Of a stretch of DNA of 44,095 nt, positions 1 through 8,573 are shown one piece after another. Both the position numbers and the translations under genes were made by a program. The stretch is from an uncultured Flavobacteriales bacterium (GTDB lineage: Bacteria; Bacteroidota; Bacteroidia; Flavobacteriales_D; Parvicellaceae). The notes below the pieces were generated by a model. It was not told where the DNA came from. It did not search any database and saw nothing but the letters and a program-made list of their open reading frames with translations. Location: the NCBI GenBank assembly GCA_947311095.1, contig CAMZKF010000305.1:1-44095 (forward strand), read 5' to 3'. Numbering within the stretch: position 1 is the first letter of the stretch; the number at the start of each line of letters is the position of its first letter.

Positions 1-54
1 TTATTAATTTTTATCCAATAATAATTTATTACAATTTTAATTATACACCTTTTT

Positions 55-1704
55 ATGAAAAATATTTTAATTCTTATTTTTACTTTTATTATTGTTTCTA
101 TTTCTTGGGGACAATACGATACATTAAGGTGCGATTTTACGGTTAAAGACACCTTGAAATATGTGTGGAGTAAGACTTCTTCGCCTGCATCTTTATCTAT
201 GAATACTATAAATGACGCTAGCTCTGGAGTTCCCGACGATGGATATAAGGCTTACGGACAACTGTTTGAAGCTCCCGATACTGTAGCTCTTGAAGGTTTT
301 TGCTTTTATGCTTATATGTATAGTGGCGTTGAAGATACTGCTATTGTGAAAATTTATCAAACAAATATGGCAGGGACGTTAGATTCGTTGATTGATTCGA
401 CTTCTGTTTCTATTCCTTTAAAACTCAACTATGCTGGTGATTTATATTCAGATAGCATTAAAATTTGTGTAGATTTAGACACTACTCATTATTTATTAGG
501 TGATTATGTGATTACTTTAGAGAATAATTCTAGTTCCGATATGTATCTTGTTAGAGACCAAATAGGAGATGGCAATCAAGAAGATTTGTCGTTTTCGTAC
601 TATTATTGGGACAGTAATCATACTTACGATGGTTGGTATAGAAATTACAGTATTTTTGGTTCGGCTTGGGATTTTGATGTTATTATAGAGCCGATTGTTT
701 CTTATGGTTTAACGACGCAACATTTAATTAATAAAAATAGTGGTTGCTTTGGCGATACACTTCAAATTTCGAGTAGCATAGAATACAATGATAGCTTAAT
801 GTATAATAGGATGTATAATCCTAATTACGCTAACTACGCAGATACGACTGGCTTTATTTACATTTATGGAGATGACACCATTACAACGGACACTTCTCAT
901 GTTTATGCCTTGTCTGGTGCTTATAATGCTTTGTTTACTGGTGCTACAAATTTTAGTGGTTGGACTTTTAATGACTACAATGCTTTTTGTTCTTATTATG
1001 CTACGGCATATCAATTTAATATAAACTTAGGTAACGATACCATTGTGTGTAATGATTCTTTAATACTATCGGGAGGTCAATATTTTGATAGTTATTTATG
1101 GAATACGAGTGACACAACGAGCTTATTAACGATTTATTCAGACTCTTTGCCAAATGGAGTTAATGAATTTAGCTTAATAACTTCTTTTCAAGGCTGCGAA
1201 AGTTATGACACCATTTTAGTTACAGCAAATGAACTTTCTGTCAACTTAGGAAATGACACAACTCTATGTTTGAATCAACAATTAACAATAGGAGGTGATG
1301 TTCCTGGGGATTACAGTTGGAGTAGTGGTCAACTTACGGACTCTATATTGGTAGGTCCGTTTAATGCGTCCGATTCCTTGTTTTATGACGTAGAGGTAGA
1401 TTTTAACGGTTGTATAGGAAGAGATACCATTCTAGTTTTTATTGATAATTGTTTAGGTGTTAAGGAATATACTAAAAATATTTCAATCTATCCAAATCCT
1501 GCGACAGAGTATATTGTTATATCTGACATATTTAATCATACAGCTATGCTTAGTGTTACGGATTTGAGTGGAAAACAAATAATATATAAGAAAGTATCAG
1601 AAGGAACTAAAATCGATGTAAGTGACTTAAACAGTGGTGGTTATATCTTAAATTTTAAAAGTGATAAAATTAATTACCAACAAATATTACAAATAATAAA
1701 ATAA
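55..1704 (+). CDS. Secreted T9SS cargo protein with type-A C-terminal sorting domain; function unknown
   Basis: N-terminal signal peptide MKNILILIFTFIIVSISWGQ. Two tandem ~70-aa modules (LGNDTxxC...YxW...DTILV) at nt 1018-1227 and 1237-1443. Last ~75 aa (ISIYPNPATEYIVIS...GGYILNFKSD...QIIK) fit the T9SS CTD pattern. Confidence 0.8.
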   Translation: MKNILILIFTFIIVSISWGQYDTLRCDFTVKDTLKYVWSKTSSPASLSMNTINDASSGVPDDGYKAYGQLFEAPDTVALEGFCFYAYMYSGVEDTAIVKIYQTNMAGTLDSLIDSTSVSIPLKLNYAGDLYSDSIKICVDLDTTHYLLGDYVITLENNSSSDMYLVRDQIGDGNQEDLSFSYYYWDSNHTYDGWYRNYSIFGSAWDFDVIIEPIVSYGLTTQHLINKNSGCFGDTLQISSSIEYNDSLMYNRMYNPNYANYADTTGFIYIYGDDTITTDTSHVYALSGAYNALFTGATNFSGWTFNDYNAFCSYYATAYQFNINLGNDTIVCNDSLILSGGQYFDSYLWNTSDTTSLLTIYSDSLPNGVNEFSLITSFQGCESYDTILVTANELSVNLGNDTTLCLNQQLTIGGDVPGDYSWSSGQLTDSILVGPFNASDSLFYDVEVDFNGCIGRDTILVFIDNCLGVKEYTKNISIYPNPATEYIVISDIFNHTAMLSVTDLSGKQIIYKKVSEGTKIDVSDLNSGGYILNFKSDKINYQQILQIIK

Positions 1705-1708
1705 GAGG

Positions 1709-1738
1709 TTGCAAATAGAAAAAAAATATATATATTTG
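1709..1738 (+). promoter_or_regulatory. Bacteroidota-type promoter (TTG-N19-TATATTTG) upstream of rpmG
   Basis: TTG at 1709-1711 and TATATTTG at 1731-1738 match the -33 TTG / -7 TAnnTTTG consensus. Located 35 nt upstream of the rpmG ATG. Confidence 0.5.
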
Positions 1739-1772
1739 CACCCTTGAATTAACAAAATAAGAATTTTTAGAG

Positions 1773-1958
1773 ATGGCAAAAGCTAAAGGAAATAGAATAC
1801 AGGTAATACTTGAGTGTACAGAACATAAACAATCTGGAAAGCCAGGTACTTCTAGATACATAACTACGAAGAACAGAAAAAACACACCTGAGAGAATAGA
1901 ATTGAGAAAATATAACCCTATTTTAAAAAAATACACTCTTCATAAAGAGATAAAATAA
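1773..1958 (+). CDS. rpmG: 50S ribosomal protein L33
   Basis: 61-aa [22 protein letters not shown]...[22 protein letters not shown] is typical L33 in sequence and length. Confidence 0.95.
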   Translation: MAKAKGNRIQVILECTEHKQSGKPGTSRYITTKNRKNTPERIELRKYNPILKKYTLHKEIK

Positions 1959-1965
1959 TTGAGAC

Positions 1966-2121
1966 ATGGCAAAGAAAGTAGTAGCATCCTTACAAAAAGG
2001 AGGAGGAAAACAACATACAAAAGTTATTAAGATGGTGAAAAGCCCAAAAACAGGGGCTTATTCATTTAAAGAAGAAATAGTTCACAACGATAAAGTTGCT
2101 GATTTTTTCAATAAAAAATAA
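1966..2121 (+). CDS. DUF4295-family small basic protein (51 aa), not in the supplied ORF track
   Basis: ATG at 1966, TAA at 2119-2121. Translation MAKKVVASLQKGGGKQHTKVIKMVKSPKTGAYSFKEEIVHNDKVADFFNKK. Lies 7 nt after rpmG, as in other Bacteroidota, and is followed by a strong terminator. Confidence 0.8.
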   Translation: MAKKVVASLQKGGGKQHTKVIKMVKSPKTGAYSFKEEIVHNDKVADFFNKK

Positions 2122-2138
2122 TCATTTATTAAAATGAT

Positions 2139-2172
2139 AAAAAACCTTATTTCAAATGAAATAAGGTTTTTT
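2139..2172. terminator. Bidirectional rho-independent terminator between DUF4295 (+) and DUF72 (-)
   Basis: Perfect 10-bp stem ACCTTATTTC (2144-2153) / GAAATAAGGT (2158-2167) with loop AAAT. Flanked by an A-run upstream and a T-run (2168-2172) downstream. Confidence 0.8.
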
Positions 2173-2216
2173 CTTGCTTTTTATAATCCTCTTTCGAAAT
2201 TAAACTTAGGGTGGTG

Positions 2217-3116
2217 TTATTTAGAGTAATCGACTAGACAAGGGATATTATAAGTTGTCAATGCATTAATTTCTTTAATTAATGCATTGTTAAAAGGAAC
2301 TACATCTTGCCTGTTATCGCCAGAAACATGAGCGTAAAACCAAATATCTGTTATGCCTCTAGTTGTTAAATAAGCCAATTGTTGCGCCCATAGTTTTATT
2401 CTTGATTTGTCTATCGAATTGTGCACACCTCCCACAAAGCGAACAAATAAATGTTGGTTCACAATCCTAAAATGCATGACATCTCTTCTCCCAGGTGTAT
2501 CGGTTATTACGGGAATAATATTGTTTTCGATAAAAAGATGGTGCCATTCGTTTTTTATGATTTCATCTTCAAACCACTCTTTAGCCCTTAATTCAATAGC
2601 AAAAGGAACATCTTTAGGCAAAAAGTCTATGAAATCTCTTAGGAGATTAAAGTTATTCGGTTTAAAGTAACCAGCCATCACTGCAAACGAAATTCCTCTT
2701 TTTGCTTCTAAAAAATCTAACGCTACTAAAAACCGTTCTAAATGAACTTTAGCTTTATCTTCCATTATGTTTTTTCGATGCGTAATTACCTGTGGAAATT
2801 TCATGGAAAATGTAAAATCTTTATCCGTTTCGCCTAACCACCTTTCTAACACCTGTTGTTTAGGTGTTCCATATCGAGTAGCATTTACTTCTATACTATT
2901 AAACTGTCGAGCGTATTCTTTAAGAAAATCTTTAGCTTTTGTACCATTGGGATAAAGTGTTCCTTTGTAGTTCTTGTCTGACCAAACTGGAGCTCCAAAA
3001 TGAAATTTAACCATATTGTTATTCGGTAAATTATCTAAAATAGAAATAGATAAATCGCACAGTGGTTTAAAGTTAAAATCTATTCCATTCTTATCTTCAA
3101 TGTTTCCAAATTTCAT
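2217..3116 (-). CDS. DUF72 (YecE-like) family protein
   Basis: 299 aa with motifs FNSIEVNATRYGTP and FPQVITH, typical of DUF72 proteins. Confidence 0.7.
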   Translation of the reverse strand: MKFGNIEDKNGIDFNFKPLCDLSISILDNLPNNNMVKFHFGAPVWSDKNYKGTLYPNGTKAKDFLKEYARQFNSIEVNATRYGTPKQQVLERWLGETDKDFTFSMKFPQVITHRKNIMEDKAKVHLERFLVALDFLEAKRGISFAVMAGYFKPNNFNLLRDFIDFLPKDVPFAIELRAKEWFEDEIIKNEWHHLFIENNIIPVITDTPGRRDVMHFRIVNQHLFVRFVGGVHNSIDKSRIKLWAQQLAYLTTRGITDIWFYAHVSGDNRQDVVPFNNALIKEINALTTYNIPCLVDYSK

Positions 3117-3127
3117 AACAGCCTAAT

Positions 3128-3164
3128 TAAAAAAAAGCGACTACTACTAAGTAAATCGCTTTTT
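3128..3164 (-). terminator. Probable terminator downstream of dnaN
   Basis: On the minus strand, AAAAGCGA...TCGCTTTT stem with a 15-nt loop, followed by a T-run. Begins ~70 nt after the dnaN stop. Confidence 0.45.
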
Positions 3165-3232
3165 ATATTCTTTTTCAAACCTGATTTTAATTGAAACACT
3201 AAAGCCAAATAGTATTTCAAAGTCTGTTTATT

Positions 3233-4354
3233 TTAATGCTGTAACATAACAGGCATAACTAACATTAGTATATCTTCATTTTCATCTTCTGGGCTTTCAG
3301 GCAATAATATACCAGCTCTATTGGGAGCACTTAATTCCAATACTATAGTTTCTGTATCTATATTGTTTAGCATTTCAAGTACAAATCTAGAGTTAAATCC
3401 TATTGACATTGCTTCCCCTTCATACGAACAAGTCAAACGTTCATTTGCTTCATTAGAAAAATCTAAATCTTCAGAACTTAAAACCAACTTACTACCATCT
3501 ATTTTGAATCGAACTTGATGTGTTGTTTTGTTTGCAAAAATAGCAACTCTTTTAATAGAACTCAATAAAGATTTGCGGTCGATTGTCATTCTATTAGGGT
3601 TTTCATTTGGAATTACAGCTTCGTAATTAGGATATTTTCCGTCTATTAAACGGCATACTAAATTAAAACTATCAAATTTAAAATGAACATTGCTTTCGTT
3701 GTATTGAATTGTAACTTCTTTTTCCGAGTTATTCAGTAAATTTTTCACCAAGAGCATTGGTTTTTTAGGAATAATAAATGAAGCTGCGTTATCGGCTTTT
3801 AGATCTGTTCTTCTATATCGTACCAATTTATGAGCATCAGTTGCGACAAAAGTTAAACTATCTGTTTCTAACTGACAAAAAATACCACTCATGACAGGTC
3901 TCAAGTCATCATTGCCAGCGGCAAATATTGTTTTTTCTACTGCTCTAAATAAAATTGATGAATTAATTATGACACTAGAAGAATTTTCCAATACGGGTAT
4001 TTTTGGAAACTCTTCTCCATTATAGCCACTTAATTTATATTTTCCATAATCAGATGCTATTTCAACAGCAAAAGTAGAGTCATCTATCAAAAAAGTTAAA
4101 GGGTGGTCTGGAAAAGTTTTTAAGGTATCCATCAATAACTTTGCAGGTATGGCAACGCTTCCTGTTTCTTTAGCTTCAATTTGAAGCTCTGTAGTCATGG
4201 TGGTTTCCAAATCTGAAGCAGAAACGGTTAACGTTTTTTCATTTATATCAAAAAGAAAGTTATCTAAAATAGGTAATGTGTTTGAACTATTTAAAACACC
4301 TCCGATAGACTGCAATTGCTTTAATAAAGCTGTGCTCGATACTATAAAATTCAT
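3233..4354 (-). CDS. dnaN: DNA polymerase III subunit beta (sliding clamp)
   Basis: 373 aa. N-terminus MNFIVSSTALLKQLQSIGGVLNSSNTLPILDNFLF, overall length and three-domain pattern are typical of DnaN. Confidence 0.95.
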   Translation of the reverse strand: MNFIVSSTALLKQLQSIGGVLNSSNTLPILDNFLFDINEKTLTVSASDLETTMTTELQIEAKETGSVAIPAKLLMDTLKTFPDHPLTFLIDDSTFAVEIASDYGKYKLSGYNGEEFPKIPVLENSSSVIINSSILFRAVEKTIFAAGNDDLRPVMSGIFCQLETDSLTFVATDAHKLVRYRRTDLKADNAASFIIPKKPMLLVKNLLNNSEKEVTIQYNESNVHFKFDSFNLVCRLIDGKYPNYEAVIPNENPNRMTIDRKSLLSSIKRVAIFANKTTHQVRFKIDGSKLVLSSEDLDFSNEANERLTCSYEGEAMSIGFNSRFVLEMLNNIDTETIVLELSAPNRAGILLPESPEDENEDILMLVMPVMLQH

Positions 4355-4622
4355 CTTTTTTATTTGCTAAAAATTAATAACATTCTCCTTTTTTACATCA
4401 ATTAAATATTTAACTAAATGTAAAAAAAAGAGCTAAACGCAAATTTAATACAAATACAACGATTCAACAAGCACTAGAGCAAGAGTTATCAACAATTTAA
4501 AACAGAAAAGTCGCTTAAACTTATTCGACCTTAAAATTTTCGCTTTAAAATTATTTTATTTTTCCTATTTTAAAAACCTAATTTTAATAAAAAACTATTC
4601 CTCAATTGGAATTTTAGTTGAA

Positions 4623-4630
4623 TATTTTTG
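4623..4630 (+). promoter_or_regulatory. Candidate -7 box (TATTTTTG) for the 4659 gene
   Basis: Matches TAnnTTTG, 28 nt upstream of the ATG. Confidence 0.35.
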
Positions 4631-4658
4631 TTATTTTAGTCAAAAAAAAAGAGACAAA

Positions 4659-5171
4659 ATGAACGATACTATTTTTGACGATAATTTTGACAATGATTTT
4701 ACGACTAAAAAACGCCCTGATTTTTTAACCGTTTTACTTGTACTTACTTCAATTTCTGTTGTGTTTACTGTTGCAGGAAGCATTTTGAACTTTATGAATA
4801 GTGCAAATGCTTTAGATCAGATGGAAGAAATAATGATGTCGTTTGAAGATCTTCCCACAGACAATGACGCTTCCGTTAAATTAATCAACGACTATCAACT
4901 TTTTTTTCAAGCATCGATAGATAATTTAAAAGCAATTAGTTTAAGTAATTTAATTCTTTACTTACTAGAAGGGTTTGCAGTGTTAATGTTATATCATTTA
5001 GATAAAAAAGGATATTGGATTTATTTGAGTTGTCAAATTGGCTTTGTCACTTCTTGCTTCATGTTTTACCCTAGCGACAACTACATAACTTCAATACTAC
5101 TTGTTTACACTATTTTCACATCACTTCTATTTGCTATATTTTATGGAGTTAACTACAAATACTTAAAATAA
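4659..5171 (+). CDS. Hypothetical membrane protein
   Basis: 170 aa with several hydrophobic segments (LTVLLVLTSISVVFTVAG, LILYLLEGFAVLML, ILLVYTIFTSLLFAIF). No motif recognised. Confidence 0.55.
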   Translation: MNDTIFDDNFDNDFTTKKRPDFLTVLLVLTSISVVFTVAGSILNFMNSANALDQMEEIMMSFEDLPTDNDASVKLINDYQLFFQASIDNLKAISLSNLILYLLEGFAVLMLYHLDKKGYWIYLSCQIGFVTSCFMFYPSDNYITSILLVYTIFTSLLFAIFYGVNYKYLK

Positions 5172-5175
5172 CACT

Positions 5176-6126
5176 ATGGAAACAACAAAAACCTACGATG
5201 ATTTTCCTGCTTGGAAAGACTTTCAAGCTTATTATCCAGAAGAATTTAGAATTACACCGAACTCTAAACCTAGTGAAGAATATTGGGAATGGGACGAATA
5301 CTCGGTTCATTTAGACCGTTACTCTCCCAAAAATAATTCTAAAAAAATTAAAATATTGCTCATTCATGGAGGTGGAGGAAATGGCAGGTTAATGGCTCCA
5401 ATGGGAGTGGTTTTAAGTGGATTAGGATACGAATGCGTTGCTCCTGACATGCCTGGTTTTGGACTTACCAAGATTAGAAAACCCAACAGTTACAACACTT
5501 GGGTAAAACTTGTTAGTGCTTTGGTTGATAAAGAATTAAAAAAAGATGGAAAACCCATTGTTTTATGTGGTATAAGTCTTGGAGGAATGTTAGCTTATCA
5601 TGCCGCTTGTGTTAATAATAAAATCAAAGGAATTATGGTTTCTAGTTTAGCTGACACAACCGATCCTAAAGTTCAAATTCAATTATCGAAAAATGATATT
5701 ATAGGTAAAACAGGAGCAAAAACGCTGTCTGCTATGAAAAAACTAACAGATAATATAAAAGTTCCTATAAAGTTAACTACAAAGATGTGGGCGATGGCAA
5801 ACGATCCTTCTTTTGTTAAGAAATTAAAAAAAGACAAAGTAGGTTCGGGGTCTTGGGTTTACTTAAAGTTTTTAAGAACACTTTTTGAAGCAAAACCAGC
5901 TATTGAACCAGAAGATTTTAACAATTGCCCTCTTTTCTTTTTTCAACCAGAAAAAGATTTTATAATTCCTTGGGAAATTTCGGAGCCTTTCTACAATCGT
6001 CTTGCCTGCGAAAAAGAAATGATGTTTTTAGAAAATTGTGGACATATTCCTATGGAAAATCCAGGTCTATTTCAGTTGAAAGACAGGGCTTTAGCCTTTG
6101 TTGAAAAAATAGAAGCAAGAATTTAA
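5176..6126 (+). CDS. Alpha/beta-fold hydrolase
   Basis: 316 aa. HGGGGNG oxyanion-type motif, GISLGG nucleophile elbow (GxSxG), and C-terminal CGH for the catalytic His. Confidence 0.75.
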   Translation: METTKTYDDFPAWKDFQAYYPEEFRITPNSKPSEEYWEWDEYSVHLDRYSPKNNSKKIKILLIHGGGGNGRLMAPMGVVLSGLGYECVAPDMPGFGLTKIRKPNSYNTWVKLVSALVDKELKKDGKPIVLCGISLGGMLAYHAACVNNKIKGIMVSSLADTTDPKVQIQLSKNDIIGKTGAKTLSAMKKLTDNIKVPIKLTTKMWAMANDPSFVKKLKKDKVGSGSWVYLKFLRTLFEAKPAIEPEDFNNCPLFFFQPEKDFIIPWEISEPFYNRLACEKEMMFLENCGHIPMENPGLFQLKDRALAFVEKIEARI

Positions 6127-6146
6127 TCTTTTTTTTTAATAAAAGC

Positions 6147-6176
6147 TTGGATATTAAATAATAGTTTGTATCTTTG
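6147..6176 (+). promoter_or_regulatory. Promoter (TTG-N19-TATCTTTG) for tRNA-Ser
   Basis: TTG at 6147-6149 and TATCTTTG at 6169-6176. The tRNA starts 12 nt downstream. Confidence 0.55.
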
Positions 6177-6188
6177 CCATCGCTAAGA

Positions 6189-6273
6189 GGATAGTTGGCA
6201 GAGTGGTCGAATGCGCCAGTCTTGAAAACTGGTTTGTCGCAAGGCAACGGGGGTTCGAATCCCTCACTGTCCG
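6189..6273 (+). tRNA. tRNA-Ser (anticodon TGA), class II with long variable arm
   Basis: Acceptor stem GGATAGT/ACTGTCC. Anticodon stem-loop CCAGT-CTTGAAA-ACTGG. Variable arm TTGTCGCAAGGCAAC. T-arm GGGGG-TTCGAAT-CCCTC. Discriminator G. CCA is not encoded. Confidence 0.95.
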
Positions 6274-6279
6274 CAGGTT

Positions 6280-6312
6280 AAAAGCTTCATCAAACGATGA
6301 AGCTTTTTTTTT
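6280..6312 (+). terminator. Rho-independent terminator after tRNA-Ser
   Basis: Perfect 10-bp stem AAGCTTCATC (6282-6291) / GATGAAGCTT (6296-6305), loop AAAC, T-run 6306-6312. Confidence 0.85.
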
Positions 6313-6335
6313 GTTCAATAAATTACTTAAGTCAC

Positions 6336-7007
6336 ATGAAAAAAGTACTTCTCTTTTTATTCGTAATTTTTATTTTTATTTCTTGCCATAAAAAAAATCA
6401 ACAAGCAATAACCAATTATCCTATACACACCAATATTACAGTTAGTTATTTTTGGATAGGAGAAGAAGGGAATCAAAATAATAAAAATATTCCAAATAGC
6501 CAATCGGCTTGGGATGATAAGTGGAAAGAGCATTATGGAGGAATAGACGACCCTAGCAACAGAAGCAACAACCTCCCTTTAAATTTCACACCAAAAGAAA
6601 ACCCTTTTTATTTTGCATTACCTTATAATGATTTTAAATCAAAAAGAGGAAAAAGAAAGAGGCATGCAAAACAAGACATTTATTGGTCGGATGAAAAAGA
6701 TTGGTCAAATAGCGAATCGATGTGTAAAAATCGGTGGATTAAAATAACAAAAGGCTCTACGACTTGCTACGCTCAATGGGAAGATGCAGGTCCATTTGGA
6801 GAAAATGATTGGCGCTATGTATTTGGAAATAAAAAACCTAAAAGCAGAACGAATAACCGTGCGGGCTTAGATGTTTCTCCTGCTGTTAAAGATTTTTTAG
6901 ACTTAGAAGACCTCGACAAAATTGACTGGCAGTTTATAGACGAAACTAAAGTCCCTGTGGGACCTTGGTCAACCATTATTACGACTTCAACCGTATATTG
7001 GGAGTAG
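6336..7007 (+). CDS. Hypothetical lipoprotein
   Basis: Start moved to the ATG at 6336 (MKKVLLFLFVIFIFISC, lipobox Cys) because the track start at 6297 lies inside the tRNA terminator. Family not recognised with confidence. Confidence 0.6.
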   Translation: MKKVLLFLFVIFIFISCHKKNQQAITNYPIHTNITVSYFWIGEEGNQNNKNIPNSQSAWDDKWKEHYGGIDDPSNRSNNLPLNFTPKENPFYFALPYNDFKSKRGKRKRHAKQDIYWSDEKDWSNSESMCKNRWIKITKGSTTCYAQWEDAGPFGENDWRYVFGNKKPKSRTNNRAGLDVSPAVKDFLDLEDLDKIDWQFIDETKVPVGPWSTIITTSTVYWE

Positions 7008-7015
7008 AATTTCAT

Positions 7016-7489
7016 CTAGCGATGATGATATGGTTCATTTTTTAATATGGTAAAACCTCTGTATAATTGTTCTTTAAAAATAAGACGTACCATTTGATGA
7101 GAGAATGTCATTTTGGATAACGCTATTTTTTGATTACTTCGTTTGTAAACTTCGTCGCTAAATCCATAAGCTCCTCCAACAACAAAGGTTACTCTTTTTA
7201 CCCCTGAATTTAATTGTTTTTGTAAGAATTGACTAAACCCAACCGAATTATATTCTTTTCCATTTTCGTCTAATAGAATTAAAAAATCTGAATTTTCGGT
7301 TTTCCCTAAAATCAGTTCCCCCTCTTTTTGTTTGATTTGTAATTCGGATAAATTTTTAGCTTTTTTTAGTTCTGGTATTACAATTTCTTCAAAACGAATG
7401 TAGTGTTTTAGTCTTTTTTCATATTCTTGTTCTCCTTCTATTAAGTATTTTTTATTTGTTTTTCCTACGACTATTAATCTGACTTGCAT
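7016..7489 (-). CDS. rlmH: 23S rRNA (pseudouridine1915-N3)-methyltransferase RlmH
   Basis: SPOUT-type sequence ending ...LYRGFTILKNEPYHHR. Start set at the internal ATG (MQVRLIVVGKT), giving the usual ~157 aa. Confidence 0.85.
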   Translation of the reverse strand: MQVRLIVVGKTNKKYLIEGEQEYEKRLKHYIRFEEIVIPELKKAKNLSELQIKQKEGELILGKTENSDFLILLDENGKEYNSVGFSQFLQKQLNSGVKRVTFVVGGAYGFSDEVYKRSNQKIALSKMTFSHQMVRLIFKEQLYRGFTILKNEPYHHR

Positions 7490-7538
7490 ACCAAAGTTTT
7501 TTATTAACTTTGACAAATATAACCATTACCTAATTAAA

Positions 7539-8372
7539 ATGACAATTAAAGATTTTGTTGCTTTAGCAATTGAAGAAGATATAAAAGACGGAGATCACTC
7601 TGCATTAGCTTGTATTCCCTCCGGTGCAAGAGGAAAAGCTAAGCTATTGGTAAAAGAAGATGGCATAATTGCAGGAATTGAAGTGGCGAAACAAATTTTT
7701 AAAGAATTTGATGATTCTGTTATTTTTGAACAATTGATAAATGATGGCGACAATGTAAAATATGGCGATATTGCTTTTTACATTGAAGGCTACTCTCAAA
7801 AGTTGCTTGGTGCTGAACGTTTAGTTTTAAATATTATGCAACGAATGAGCGCTATAGCTACACTTACCAACAAATTTGTAGTTGAAATTGGAGATTTACC
7901 AACGAAAATTCTAGACACAAGAAAAACAACTCCTTTAATTCGTTTTTTGGAAAAGGCTGCTGTAAAAATAGGAGGAGGAGAAAATCACCGCATGGGATTA
8001 TACGATATGGTTATGCTAAAAGATAACCACATTGATTTTGCTGGAGGTATTGAAAAGGCAATATTGAAAACAAACGATTATTTAGAAAAAAATAATTTGA
8101 ACCTTAAAATTGAAATTGAAACTAGAAATTTGGAAGAAGTTAAAGAGGTTTTGAGAATTGGAAAGGTTAACCGAATAATGCTTGATAATTTTTCTCACAA
8201 AGATTTGAGAATTGCCGTTGAATTAATAAACGGAAAGTTTGAAACGGAAGCTTCGGGAGGTATTAAATTATCGACCGTAAAAAGCTATGCCGAATGTGGT
8301 GTTGATTATGTGTCATCGGGAGCTTTAACCCATTCGGTTCATAATTTAGATTTGAGTTTAAAAGCGGTATAA
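7539..8372 (+). CDS. nadC: Nicotinate-nucleotide pyrophosphorylase (quinolinate phosphoribosyltransferase)
   Basis: 277 aa with LDTRKTTPLIRFLEKAAVKIGGGENHRMGLYDMVMLKDNH, typical of NadC. Confidence 0.9.
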   Translation: MTIKDFVALAIEEDIKDGDHSALACIPSGARGKAKLLVKEDGIIAGIEVAKQIFKEFDDSVIFEQLINDGDNVKYGDIAFYIEGYSQKLLGAERLVLNIMQRMSAIATLTNKFVVEIGDLPTKILDTRKTTPLIRFLEKAAVKIGGGENHRMGLYDMVMLKDNHIDFAGGIEKAILKTNDYLEKNNLNLKIEIETRNLEEVKEVLRIGKVNRIMLDNFSHKDLRIAVELINGKFETEASGGIKLSTVKSYAECGVDYVSSGALTHSVHNLDLSLKAV

Positions 8373-8419
8373 GGATAATATGAATTTTATGAAATAATAA
8401 TTGGAAGATTTTCTTTTGT

Positions 8420-8544
8420 GTTAGGGATTACTCATTTATTGCTTTTTAAATTTGTATTCGTAATGTCGTTTCGCTCAGCTGTAGCTTTTGTTTTTTTTTA
8501 ACAAAAATAAAGATATAGCGAATAGTCCGCTCGAACGCCCAAAA
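8420..8544 (+). repeat. Intergenic repeat element, copy A
   Basis: Shares three blocks with 26964-27100: GTTAGGGATTACTCATTTA (identical), TTCGT[A/G]ATGTCGTTTCGCTCAG, and AAGATATAG..GAATAG.CCGCTCGAACGCCCAAAA. The blocks are separated by an A/T-rich spacer with a T-run. Confidence 0.8.
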
Positions 8545-8573
8545 CAGGAAAATAGAATTAGTTGATATTATAA

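Noticed and set aside
4486-4494. TTATCAACA, one mismatch from the DnaA box TTATCCACA, lies in the 304-nt AT-rich spacer upstream of dnaN. Considered as a possible oriC.
   Set aside because: I found only a single box-like 9-mer. There is no cluster of boxes, no dnaA gene in the window, and the whole genome is AT-rich. The evidence is insufficient for an origin call.
6050-6391. Track ORFs 6050-6247 (-), 6203-6391 (+) and the 6297 start of the lipoprotein ORF.
   Set aside because: They overlap the tRNA-Ser gene and its terminator hairpin. The lipoprotein gene starts more plausibly at the ATG at 6336, which gives a proper signal peptide and lipobox.
6189-7007. Considered tRNA-Ser as a possible integration site for a genomic island.
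   Set aside because: No integrase gene is present. I noticed no direct repeat of the tRNA 3' end downstream, and the flanking genes are ordinary.
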